From Vicugna vicugna (taxonomy: Eukaryota): a DNA stretch of 64,000 nucleotides. The position numbers and the translations under genes are program-made. The DNA is taken from contig MU058198.1 in the NCBI GenBank assembly GCA_013265495.1, positions 1,190,419 through 1,254,418 on the forward strand. Reading direction: 5' to 3'. Below are positions 38,901 to 51,600 of the stretch, one piece after another. A model generated the notes under the pieces. It was not told where the DNA came from, searched no databases, and saw nothing but the letters and a program-made list of their open reading frames with translations. How positions within the stretch are numbered: position 1 is the first letter of the stretch; every line of letters starts with the position of its first letter.

Positions 38901-41900
38901 ATAAGTAGTGAAGTCAGTGTTGGGGCATTTGCCTTTGAGCAAGGTCTGCTGGAAACCTATCTGGGCATTTGAGACTTTGTCTTGATTGGAAGCCAGAACC
39001 AAAAAGCAGCCCTCATAGGTGCCCACACTGTTAAGTCACAAATGCCTGTCCCCATAGATCAGCTGCATCAGATTCACCTGGGTGCTATTTTAAATTTATT
39101 TTATTTTTTGACTAATATCAACACTTGTCTCCTGTCCCTAGCTTTATTTAAAACAGAACTTTGTGTCACGTACATTTACATGTGCTATAATTATCAGGAT
39201 TATAAGACCCACAAGCATGGATTATAAATAATGTGTCCTATATTTTCTAAAATATTATATTTCCAACTTATGGTACTTCTCTGTACTATATTTTCATTAT
39301 ATTCCAATATAATGGCGAGCAGCTGAAACTTGAACAGAAAATAGTCAACACATGTAAGAAATAAAATTAAGCATGAAAGATATATTTTAAAGTTTGAGGA
39401 CATGGTAAATACCTTTTAGATTGTTCTTTCCTACACTAGAATATAAGCTTTCTACCATAAAATTATGGGAAATTACTTATTTATTTACCTAGCTATTTAT
39501 TTATTTATTTATGTTGGGGTGCGGTTTTAAATACAGACTCCAAGGCCCCACTTAACCAGACATATCTGAGCAAGGGCTCTGGGAATCTGCATTTTCAAAC
39601 ATCTGCCCAGGTGATTTTGATGAGCTGCCAGGTTGGTCCAGATCAGTGCTGTCAATTTTGGCCATCATTAGCATTACTTGAGGAGCTTTCTAAAAAAAAT
39701 AAATAATAACAATCGTCAAAGATTCTGATTTCACTTTCCCTCCAGGGTGGGGCCCAGGTAAGAATATTTCTTTTAAACACTTACCAGGTGGTCCTAAGAT
39801 GCAGCCAGGGTTGAGAAACAGTGAGTTCGAAGACTCTCCAGGTCACAGAACCTTTGGAATGACCCAGATCTCAAAACTCCAAATTTAGGGAACACTTTAG
39901 AACACAGCTCTAAATTACTAGGAGCTGAGGTGGGGGTGGGAACCGTGCCTCACGTGGGTGTGTTCCACCAGAAAGTCCTCACACCCTGATAACAGCACAG
40001 GCTCTTTTGACTGAGTCACTTGATCATTTTGAGCCTCAATTTTCTCATCTGCAAAAGGTTATAATGATAGTACCCACCCCACGAGGTGGTTCCTGTAGGG
40101 ATCAGAGAGAATGAGGGCTGGAGCTTCCAGCACGTGCCTAACACGGAGTATTTATTAAAATGGTAGCCGGCTTGTTGTTACGCATATTTTTGTAATTATG
40201 ACTATTTTCCCTACTAGCAGTATGCCCCTTGAATTTTTATATTTTACAGGGAGGCATCCACAGAACACAGCTGCTCGAGGACCAAGAGTCAAGACCCACT
40301 GGCCATCTACTTCACAAGTGGCACTACCGGGAACCCCAAGATGGTTGAGCACACACAGGCCAGCTATGGACTGGGCTTTGTGGCCAGTGGAAGGTACGAG
40401 GACCACTTGTCATGTGGGTCTGAGGAGCAGAAATTAGGCGGATGAGCTAGAGGAATGTGAGTGAGGCAGAAAGTGGTAGGAGTTGAGATCAGACAGCTTG
40501 GGTGGGGTGGGTGCAAATCAGGAAGGCTTTGAGCTTTATCCTGAGTGAGGTGACAAGCCATTGGAGATTTTATTTTAAATTGTGGTAAAGCATATGTACC
40601 ATTAAACTTACCATTTTAACCATTTTTAAGTGTATAGTTCAGTGTCGTTAAATGCATCAATGTTGTGCGATCATCCCCACCATCCACCTGCAAATCTTTT
40701 TCATCTTGCAAATCTGAAACTCTGCACCTATTATACAAAAACTTCCTATTCCCTACTACCCCCAGGCCTTGACAACAATTGTTCTGCTTTCTGTCTCGAT
40801 GAATTTGACTACTCTGGGAATCTCATAAAAGTGGAAATCATACAGTATTTTTCCTTTTGTGTCTGGTGTATTTTACTTAGCATGATGCCTTCAAGTTTCA
40901 TCCATGTTGTAGCGTGTGTCAGAATGTCCTACCTTTTTAGGGCTGAATAATATTCCATTGTGTGTATACACCAGTTTTGTTTATCCATTCATTCACTGAT
41001 GGACACCTGGGTTGCTCCCACTGTTGCAGAAAAATGTGTGACAGCTCAGCTGTGACAGCAACCTAGATCCGGGTGAGAGACCAAGCAGCACTCGGAAAGT
41101 TGGAGAACTCAGGTTTATTTTGCCAGCAGACTCAGAGCAGTTAACACTCCAAGGTCTGGACCCCGTCTGTAGGTTTACACAGGCTTTTATCAGCTGCCAG
41201 TTTACACTTTGCAACATCATATGCAAATTAGGTATAAGGAAAGCTGACTAATTAAGAACAAGCTTTGTAGAAATGGACCAATCAGGAAGGAGAGAAATAA
41301 CCAATCAGGAGTGAGCTCCATGCAAATGAAGTACTACAAATGGACCAATCAGAAGCTAGGGAAATGAACCAATCAGGAGTGAAGGAAATAACCAATCAGG
41401 AGTGAGCTCAGGGAACCAGTAGAATTTTAGGTGTAAGTAAGCTGTTTCAGAGGCAAAGAGTGAGATAGAGTCTCTGGGCCAGGGAACCGGATGGTGCTGG
41501 TAGGAGAGTAGTGGCCCCTGTTTGGGGATCCTGCCGGTCTTATTATGGGGCTTTCTGCCTCACCACCTTTTGGCTCTTGTGAATAACACTGCTGTGAACA
41601 TGGGTACACAATACCTGTTCAAGACCCTGCTTTTAATTCTTCTGAGTATGCACCAGAAGTGAAATTGCTGGGTAAGATGGTGATTCTATGTAATTTTTTG
41701 AGGAACATTAGAGTATTATGAGCAGAGGAGTGACATGATCTGATTTGCTTTTTGAAAGGATAACTCAGAATATTGGATTGAGAATAAACTGCAGGGGGCA
41801 AGGATGAAGCAGAGGACCACTTAAGAGGCCAGTACATTAAGAGACGAGGGTGGAGGCTTGCTTGCCTGGGGAAATTGTAGTGGAAGGAGTGAGAGGAGGT

Positions 41901-44900
41901 GAGATTCTGAAAGTATTTTGAATGCAGACCTAGTAAGATTTGACACGAGGTGAGAGAGAAAGAGTCAAGGACCATGCCAAGTTTATGTTTATACTTGCTA
42001 AACTATAACCCTCTCCAAGAAAGACTAATCATTTGTTTCTGTATCCCTAATGATAAGTCCAGAATAAGTGCTGAATAAATGTTGACTGAGTAAAGAAAGT
42101 GACCTTACCCCATTATGTGGAGATTATTTCTTCCCTTATATGTCACTCCCAGTAGACTATGAACTGCTTGGAAGCATGGGATCTGTCTTTTTAATTCTGT
42201 ACCGTTAGCCTAGTGCACTGGGACGTAGAAGATGCTCAATGTTTGTTGAGACAAAGGTTGACTTTATGGTTCTTGTACAGATTTGACAAGCATAAGTGAG
42301 TACACATGGTAAGCAAGGCTCCAGATAGGGGAATGGATAATGTAATTCTTTTGAAAGGTAGAAATATTGCTCGGAGTTCTGACTTACTTTCATTTTTGGC
42401 AGAAGGTGGGTGGCCTTGACTGAATCAGATATCTTCTGGAACACGACTGACACTGGCTGGGTGAAGGCAGCCTGGGCCCTCTTCTCTGCCTGGCCTAATG
42501 GATCTTGCATTTTTGTGCATAAGCTGCCCCAAGTTGATGCCAAGACTATCCTGAACGTAAGAGACAAAAATACCTCTCATGTGTTGAGTATAAATAAGAT
42601 GAGTGGGATATAGGTTTTGAACTTGCAGGAGAAGAGACATGAATCAGTGACAATAATGGTTCTTTGGTGCTCCTAGGACCTTCCATAATCTGGTTCATGC
42701 CCACTAGGCTACCTTGAATCTTTGCCTATCCTCTATCCCTAGACATAAGACCACTTTGTATCTTCAAATCTCTGCACATTCTATTTTTCCTTCTTGGGGT
42801 GCCTCTCCTGCCACTACTTGCTTTCCTATGCTCATGTCAAAACCACAGTTATTTTTCAACACCTTGGGGGATAATCATAACCTATTCCTCAACTTTATGT
42901 GCTACTGTCCATGGTGCTGAGCATACGTATTTCCCCCAACTCTAGAGTCTCCTGCCCACCCTTCAGAGGGTTATAGTTTAGCAAGTATAAACATAAACTT
43001 GGCATGGTCCTTGACTCTTTCTCTCTCACCTCGTGTCAAATCTTACTAGGTCTGCATTCAAAATTCCAGGGTTTTCTCATACTTGACATCCCCAGTAGAG
43101 GCACAGGCATCCCTCCTCTGCCCATCACATCCTAACCACAATTTCTTAAAATATCAGGGGAACCACCTGCCCGTGTTCTTTGCACTGAAGCAAGCTGGAT
43201 CACATGACTAATAGGACAGACTGGGCCATCAGTCAGGCCTCTGATCCTTCTGATGCTACATCTTCCATTTACTAGCTGTGTGTCCTTGGGAAAGTCACCT
43301 AAGTTTCCCTGAACCTCGTGTTTATCATCCTTAGGAAAGAAAGGGATAATATAGTTGCATAGAGTTGCAGTGAGACTTAAATAATACTAGACATATGGTC
43401 TGGCACATAGTAGTTTCTTAACATATAGTGATTGTATTATCACCATTATCAATCTCACCATCATTATTAATCAGGTAGGGCTTGATCAACTAGTGTGTGC
43501 CTTCTCCCTCCACTGCCCCCAGTCCCGACATAGTGTATGTATTAGTTATCAATTGTTATGCAGTAAATTACCCCAAAACATAGCAGTTTAAAACATAAAT
43601 ATTTATATCTCAGTTTCTGATGATCAGGAATCTTGGAATCAGTTTAACAGGTGGTTCTGGATCAGGGTCTCTCACAGGGTTGCAGTCAGGATGTCAGATG
43701 GGTACACCCATGTTCATAGTAGCATTGTTCATAATAGCCAAAAGGTGGAAGCAACTCAAGTTCCATGGATCCAGATAAACAAAATGCAGCATGCATATGA
43801 TGGATTACGATTTAGCCTTTAAAAAGAAGGAAATGCTGACACATGCTACATCATCTTGAAAATGTTATGCTAAGCGAAATAAGCCAGCCACAACAGAACA
43901 GATAATGTACCGTGTCTTATCATCATCAAATTCGTAGACAGAAAGTAGAATGGTCAGGGGCTGGGGGAAGGGGAAATGAGACGATATTTTGTAATGGGTA
44001 GAGAGTTTCAGTTTGGGAAGATTAAAAAAAAATTCTGGAGGTAGATGGTAGTGATGTTTGCACAACAGTATGAGTTTACTTAATTACCACTGGTAAATAC
44101 ACTTAAAAATGGTCAAATTGGTTAATTTTATGTTATGCTTACTTTGTCACAATAATAAGAAAAAAAGATGTCAGCTAAGACCGCAGTTATTTTGAGGCTT
44201 GACTGCAGCTGGAAACTGTATTAAAACTCACTCATGTGGTTTTTAGAAAATTTCAATTCCTCACTGTCTGTTGGCCACTACGTGCACTTGTCCACTGGAG
44301 GATTTGAGTGTACTCAGAACACAGGGAGTGATTCAAGAGTGGGAGAATGACAGCATCCAAGACGGAAGCCATAGTTTTTGCATAACCTAATCTCAAATGT
44401 GACATCTGCATCATGCTGCTGGTCACACAGACCAAAATTTGTGTACATTGTGGGAGGGGACCCAGTTGGGGCACTAGTAGATGGGAGTCATTCCAGGCCA
44501 TCTCAGAGGCTGGATACTACACACAGTGCTCAGTTTTTCTCCTCTGGTAATTGGAATGTGAAAACCCGATTCACTTGCTCCAACTTCATGAAGTCCCTCC
44601 CCCCTAGTGACTCTAAGATCTTCCGCCCTTTGTTTTTGTTTAGACTCTGTCCAGGTTCCCGATCACCACCCTCTGCTGTGTCCCCACCATCTTCCGGCTG
44701 CTTGTGCAGGAGGATCTGACCAGGTAGGGCCCATCTTTTTGGTGCTTTGGGGTCCTAAGTATGTAAATATATAGCACAGGTACCCCCCCTCCACCACCCA
44801 CACACACACACATACACCTTCTCATTCCAACTTTCTGTCTCTTGGTCTCTCTCACACACGCATAGTCACAAGCACACATACCCATATCCTTTGCAGATAC

Positions 44901-47900
44901 CTCTCAGTGAACTTCTGGTGGGGGGGAGAGTGTAGCTCAATGTAGAGTACATGCTTAGCATGCACGAAGTCCTGGGGTTCAATCCCTAGTACCTCTAATC
45001 AATCAATCAGTCAATCCATCCATCCATCCATCCATTCATCCATCCATCCATCCATTCTAATTACCACCCACTCCTGAAAAAAAAAAAAAAGAATAAACTT
45101 CTGGCCCTAGGAATTTGCATCCAGATGGAAGTGATTAGATCTAAGACAGTCTGAAATTTCAGTGCTCGAGGTGGGCAGCCTCCCTAATCCCATGTATCTG
45201 GCCATGAAGCACCTAAGAGAGCTAGTTTTTCCATGATTGTCAAGATTAATTTTATGATGTATGGATTCATCCCATTCACTGATCTGTTGTAAATTATCTC
45301 CACAGCATGAGTTGACCAAAATCAGACCCTGAATGATTTGTTCAAACAAAATGTGGTTGAAAGATACTCAGTAATATTAAGTAATAGTCAAACCAATTTG
45401 ATCCAAAAAGGAAAATGATAATAAATGTATTTGCAATCACTGATTTTTCACATTTTGGATAGTTTATTGAATGGAGGGGTTTTGCAATACATTTAGTATT
45501 TGTCAGGATTTTTGTGTTCCTAGAGGGCCGCTTTCTGTATTTTTAGTTTTTAATTTATCTTTCTCAACACGTAGTTGTCCCAACCAATTTAATATCAATT
45601 CGTTTATTTACAGCTAAATCATTTTGGCAAATTCACCTGAAATTCACCATGTTATACCAAAGTCTACTATGTGAGTTTCTGATTTTATTCCAAACTCAAG
45701 TTGGATTTTTTTTTTTTTTTAATTACCAGTACATGAGGAACATGACTGCAAGGCCGGGGCACTTGGAGTAGATTATAAAGTATGGGAGTTTATGCTTTAG
45801 TGCCTTCAGGTGTCTGGACCGAGGCAGCAGTGCTGGAGTGTGGGGTTGGGATAAGGGTCCTGACACAGGTGGCCTTGTCTTCCAACTAAAAAGGTACCAG
45901 TTTCAGAGCCTGAAGCACTGTTTGGCCGGAGGAGAGGCCCTGAACCCTGACGTGAGGGAGAAGTGGAAGAGCCAGACAGGCCTGGAGCTGCACGAAGGCT
46001 ATGGCCAGTCTGAGACAGTGAGTGCAGCCGGGCCCTGCCCCTTCCCCAGCACCTCCGCCTGAGCCCCCTGCCAGCTGCTGGGGAAGGCTGGTCTGCAGAG
46101 CCTCCTGCCTTGCCGGCTGTCATCTCTGTGAAACGCTCAGGGACTGCCCTGCCCACAGGGAGGAGAAGCTGTTTGGGAAGGGATAAATTTGGGAGTTTGA
46201 GATTTGCAAATGATGATCACTATATATAAAAAAACCATATTTCTTCTGGATAGCACAGGGAATTATATTCAATATCTTATAATAACCCTTAATGAAAAAG
46301 AATATGAAAATGAATATATATATATATATATTTGTATATATATGCATGACTGGGACACTATGCTGTACACCAGAAATTGGCATGTTGTAACTGACTGTAC
46401 TTCAATTAAAAACAAAAACCAAAACTCCATTAACCTTTCTTCCCTTTTAGTTTAAAGGTAATTTAAAATAATTTCACAACGACACCTTAGCCAGCAAACT
46501 AACTCTTGTGGCCGAAGATGTTTGTCTTCACCAAGACAGCCTACGTCTGTCTCCGGTCAGAGTTCAAGATCTTAAACAGTATTCTCTATAGCCATCCAGG
46601 CACAAATTTGGCGATCAGCTGAGCCTTTTGGCTTCATGACACGTCAAGTTCTTCACGTGCCTATTTGAGTGTTCAGTAAGTGATTGTCATCTATGAAAAG
46701 AAGAGAAGGAAGGAGGGAAAGAAGGAAGGAAGATGAAAAGTAGAGAAAGGAAGAGAATGTAGAAGAAGGAGGAGAGAAAAAGAATTAGAAGGCAGAGTGA
46801 GAGAAAAGGTATGGACCAGGAAGGAAATAAAGAAACAAGCTCCCTCCTTATTGGTTCTGGTGTCTCTCCAGGTTGTGATCTGTGCCAATCCCAAAGGCTC
46901 GAAAATCAAGTCAGGATCCATGGGGACAGCATCCCCACCTTACGATGTGCAGGTAGGCAGCCTCTCCCAACTGTTGCTGGAGCTTGGTTCCTTCCAAGAG
47001 GAGAGCAAAACACACATCTGGATTAGCAACACAGGGCTCGGCCCACAGGTGGCCTGGTTATGCAGACTTCTAGACACCGTCCTGTGATCTCTCTGCCAGA
47101 TTGTAGATGATGAGGGCAACGTCCTGCCTCCAGGAGGAGAGGGGGATATTGCCATCCGTATCAGACCCACCCGGCCCTTCTGTTTCTTCAGCTGCTATTT
47201 GGTAAGTGGCCATTTTCACAGTAAGTGTTGTGTGCCAAGCACTGTGCTCCGTGCTTTATACACATCTATTTGTTTAACCTTTGTAGTAACTGCAGGAGGC
47301 GGATTGGCACTGTTGTTGACAAGATGCCATTATTGACAAGGAAGCTGAAAGATGAAGTGGCTTATCCAATGTCAATTACCTAGTGTGTGCAAGGACAAGG
47401 GATGTGAATGTGGATATGCCTCGAGTGCAAACTTATAAGGGCAGCACCAGCATTTTAACGATGAGAAACTCAAGGTTCAGCGAAGGGAAGGGACTCACCA
47501 AAGGTCAAACTGCAATTTCGTGCCAGAGCCTAGTTTTCAGGACTCTCTTTGTCTTGAGTCGTGTCTGGATAAATGTTCCCTGGCAGTGCTGTGTCCTAGG
47601 ATTCTAGTCCACGTTTCTGTGATAATCTAGCAATCACCTCTCCCTTACACCCACCCTGGCTGGTGTTCACGATGGGTGATTCGAATGTGCAGCCAAGCTT
47701 CATAGGAATTCTATCTGCTGTGCATCAATTACGATATTGAAAAGAGCAGATAAAAATCAGCCCATTTGTTCCTGGAAAGTTGTATATGTATTTTAGCAGC
47801 TTTTCTGTGACGACTAGAGAAATACTCTTTCGTGGTATTTTATCTAAAGTCCCAGAAACCTACCTACAGAACAGCAACAGCAGCCACATAGTAATTTCAT

Positions 47901-48559
47901 CCGGCAGAGATAATATCAAAATGTAAGTGTATTTCTTTCTCACAGTTTTTGTAAGTGAAAGTAAATCCCTGATCTTCCTGAAGAATTTATTCATTCATTA
48001 TTCATTGAGTGTCTCCTTTACACCTTTAGGTATACAGCACAGGACAGACCCATGTCTTCTTAGAACTTACATACAGAACCTGTCTGGGTCTGTGATCATT
48101 CCATTGAGCAAGTAAAGTAATTTGTCAAGTTATTTGCTCTTTTCTTTCTGGATCATTTTTAACTAAGGGGAAAAAAAGATAAATCTCTTCATGAGAATCA
48201 TTGTATACAAAAATTAATAGAGGTCGCAGGCCAGGGTTCCTGTGTGAATGATGAGAGGTCAGTAGACCGAACAGTTAAGCCTGTCCCCCCTCAACAGCAG
48301 GCACATTTCAAACTCATGTTGACCACTTCCAAATAGCTGAAATTGCAAAATGTCCACTAAATGACTATGCCTACGTCAATTTTACATCCAGTATAAGGAA
48401 TCTGCTTATCTTCCTAAGGAAACAAACTGTCAAAGACACATACGTCCATAACAGTGTTGTTTATCACAGACAAAAAATGGGGAGGAACTATCTGAATTTT
48501 TTTTAAATTTTAGTTTTATTTTTTGTGGGGGGGTTGGGGGAGGTGGTAATTAGGTTTAC

Positions 48560-48602
<43 letters not shown>

Positions 48603-51600
48603 TCTAATGGAGGTGCTGGGGATTGAACCCAGGACCTTGTGCATGCTAATCCTGTGCTCTACCACTGAGCTATATCCTCCCCATCCTGAATTTCTAACAG
48701 TGGGAAATTCGTTATATAAATGATATTATAGCATTACACACACGCACACACAAAAACAGAAGCAAAAAAATAAGAGAAAAAAGGAAAGAAAAAGAGAGAA
48801 AAGAAAAGGGAAAGAACCAAAAGGAAAAAGAACCCAAATTCCTAACATGAAATTGTTTGAATAAATAATATTACAGCCACCCAAGGGAATATTTTTAATT
48901 AGTAAATATTTAATATTATATTACATTAGGCTTTTATTCTTATAAGGAGATGCTTACGATATATTGTCAACTGAGGTAAAATTGGATTGTAGAAATGTAT
49001 GTACAGTATGTTCCATATTCACACAAATGTGTGTATGCATAAAATCACAGATAAGCCATGAAAAAGTCCTATACATGAGATCAAATTTTTACCCTTGGTT
49101 ATCTGAAGAGTGAGACTGATCTTTTGTCATCCTTCATTTTTATGCTATTTGTACTATAAGAGACATGTAATGGTCTAATACAGAGATGATAAAAAATTTT
49201 CAATGAAGTCTATGCAAGCGAAGGTCCTCAGGTATGGTTTAATACATAATTAGCACCATACCACAAATGCAACTTTATAATATGTACTTATTTTTTAGTT
49301 CTTTTTTTTAAATTGAATTATAGTCAGTTATAATGTATCAGTTTCTGGTGTACAGCATAATGTCCCAATCACACATATATATGTATATTCGTTTTCATAT
49401 TCTTTTTCATTAAAGGTTATTACAAGATATTGAACATAGTTCCCTGTGCTCTACAGATGAAGTTAACATTGAATTATGTCATGAATCTTTTTTACGGCAC
49501 AAAGTGTTTTGAGAAAAATCCATTTTCTATGGCAGCTTGGATCGCCTCCAATTGGGGAGTGAATGTGGCTGCTGTGCTTTGTGTAGAACACTCCCTTCCC
49601 AGGGCCCTTGCTCTGCGGGCGGTGCTTTGAATCCATCCTCCCATGCCCAGCCTCACGACAGGTGTCATTACCTGAGAAAATTAGAGCTTTATCCATAAAA
49701 ACATCATCAGAAGTCTCAGTATCTAGTAGAGCAAGTCTCTCCTTCATACTCAACTTCTTTAGAAATATTTCACTTGCTCTTGGCCCTCCGCTTTTCATAT
49801 GCATGTTAGAATCAAGTTGTCAAGTTCTACGGAAACTGTTAGCATTTTAGTTGGAGTTGCATTGTTTTTAGATCAATTTGGGGAGAATTAACATCATTAG
49901 GCTATTAAGTCTATCTGTCCATTTATTCATATATTCTTTAGTGCTTTGTACAATTTTATATTGTCTGTGTATGCTTCTCATAGATTTTGTGTTAGATTTA
50001 TTTTTAGGTATTGACAACTTAGCTTTTTTCTCCGTCCTCCCAGAATACATTTTGAAAGTTGAAGTATACTTTACATACCATAAAATGCTCCCATGTTAAA
50101 CACATGTAAAATGTAAATGCAATGACCTTTGACAAATGGTCATTGTGTTAACCACCTGTGTTAACCAACCACTGCAATCAAGATACAGATCATTTTTATT
50201 ACCCTAAAAAGTACCCTTGCGCCCCTTTACAGCCAATCCTTAGCCCCCAGGCAATTGCTAAATTATTTGTTGTCACTGAAAAATATTTTTTTAATAAGAA
50301 CTTCATGTAAATGGTGTCAAAGTACTAATTTGTGTGGTCTAGTTCTTTTGACGCAGCATAATGTTTTTGAGATTCATCTCCATTGTTGCACGTGCCAGTA
50401 ATTTGTTTCTTTTTCTTGCTGAGTAGTAGCTTTGAGGATCAGAGTTTGATGTTTTATCTCTTTCTTCCACCCTTGCCTTTCAGCCAGCCTCTTGCTTTCT
50501 ATCTTCAGTGATTCCGGAGCACAAAGAGCATCTGTGTATTCTTCTATCCTAAAACAAACAGAGCCAGTAGCCTTGTGCCCACCCTCCGGTGTGCGAGTGT
50601 GCTGCCGAGACCCTTCTATGGGTGGTAGTGGGTGGCTGTCCCTAATGCCTTCCTGCCAGCTTCCCTCCAGTTAAAAGAGGGAAAACCCACAGATCACGGC
50701 TCCCTGTCCAGTGGGGACTTCTGGCCACTGGACTTCCTGTTGAGAAGTCCCCAGCCTTCTGCACGGGGCTGCTTGGGATGTGTGTCCAAAGTGGCTGTGC
50801 TCAGATGGCTCTTCCTGGGCTCACTTTGTCTTTCAGGACAATCCTGAGAAGACAGCAGCGTCAGAACGAGGGGACTTTTACATCACGGGCGACAGAGCCC
50901 ACGTGGACAAAGACGGCTACTTTTGGTTCATGGGAAGAAATGACGATGTGATCATTTCCTCAAGGTCAAGTTGTCTGCTCCCTCCCCCCTCCTTTGAAGC
51001 TTCATCGGGGAGGGGTGGTCACCTGGAAGAGTTTGTTTTTCTCTTCCAGCTACCGAATTGGACCCATTGAAGTGGAAAGCGCCCTTGCCGAGCACCCTGC
51101 TGTCTTGGAGTCTGCTGTGGTCAGCAGTCCAGACCCCACCAGAGGAGAGGTAACTAGGCCAGCCAAGAACATTGCCTCCCGGTTCTGTGCCTGTGAGCAC
51201 CCAGCAGAGTGAGCTGCAAGGCCCAGAACCCCGCACATCCCCAGGTACCACAAGGTCTGAAATGCCACCATCAGACATACACACATCCGTTTTTCTTAAG
51301 CATTGTCCTCATGTCCTTAGAGATACACATACTCTCTAGAAGGATATAAACACTTAAGTGCCGAGTGGACACAGAACTGGGTCCCAAAGGGACTGTTAGG
51401 TCGGAGATCTTGGTGGCCGGTACAGACTTTCTCATCCATTCTGTTCGATAAAAAAATCCTTTTCCATTTGCAGATGAGAACATAGTGAGCACACCAAACA
51501 TGGTTGCTGGTGGCTCTAACCTGGGAGGGATAGCCAACTTGAGGGAGGACTGAATAAATATTCCAAATGACCTGAATATATCAGAAAGATGGGCCAAATT

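Noticed and set aside
44919..44995. tRNA-like sequence (also at ~23740-23810 and ~48610-48682)
   Set aside because: SINE heads with tails and TSDs; not intact tRNA genes.
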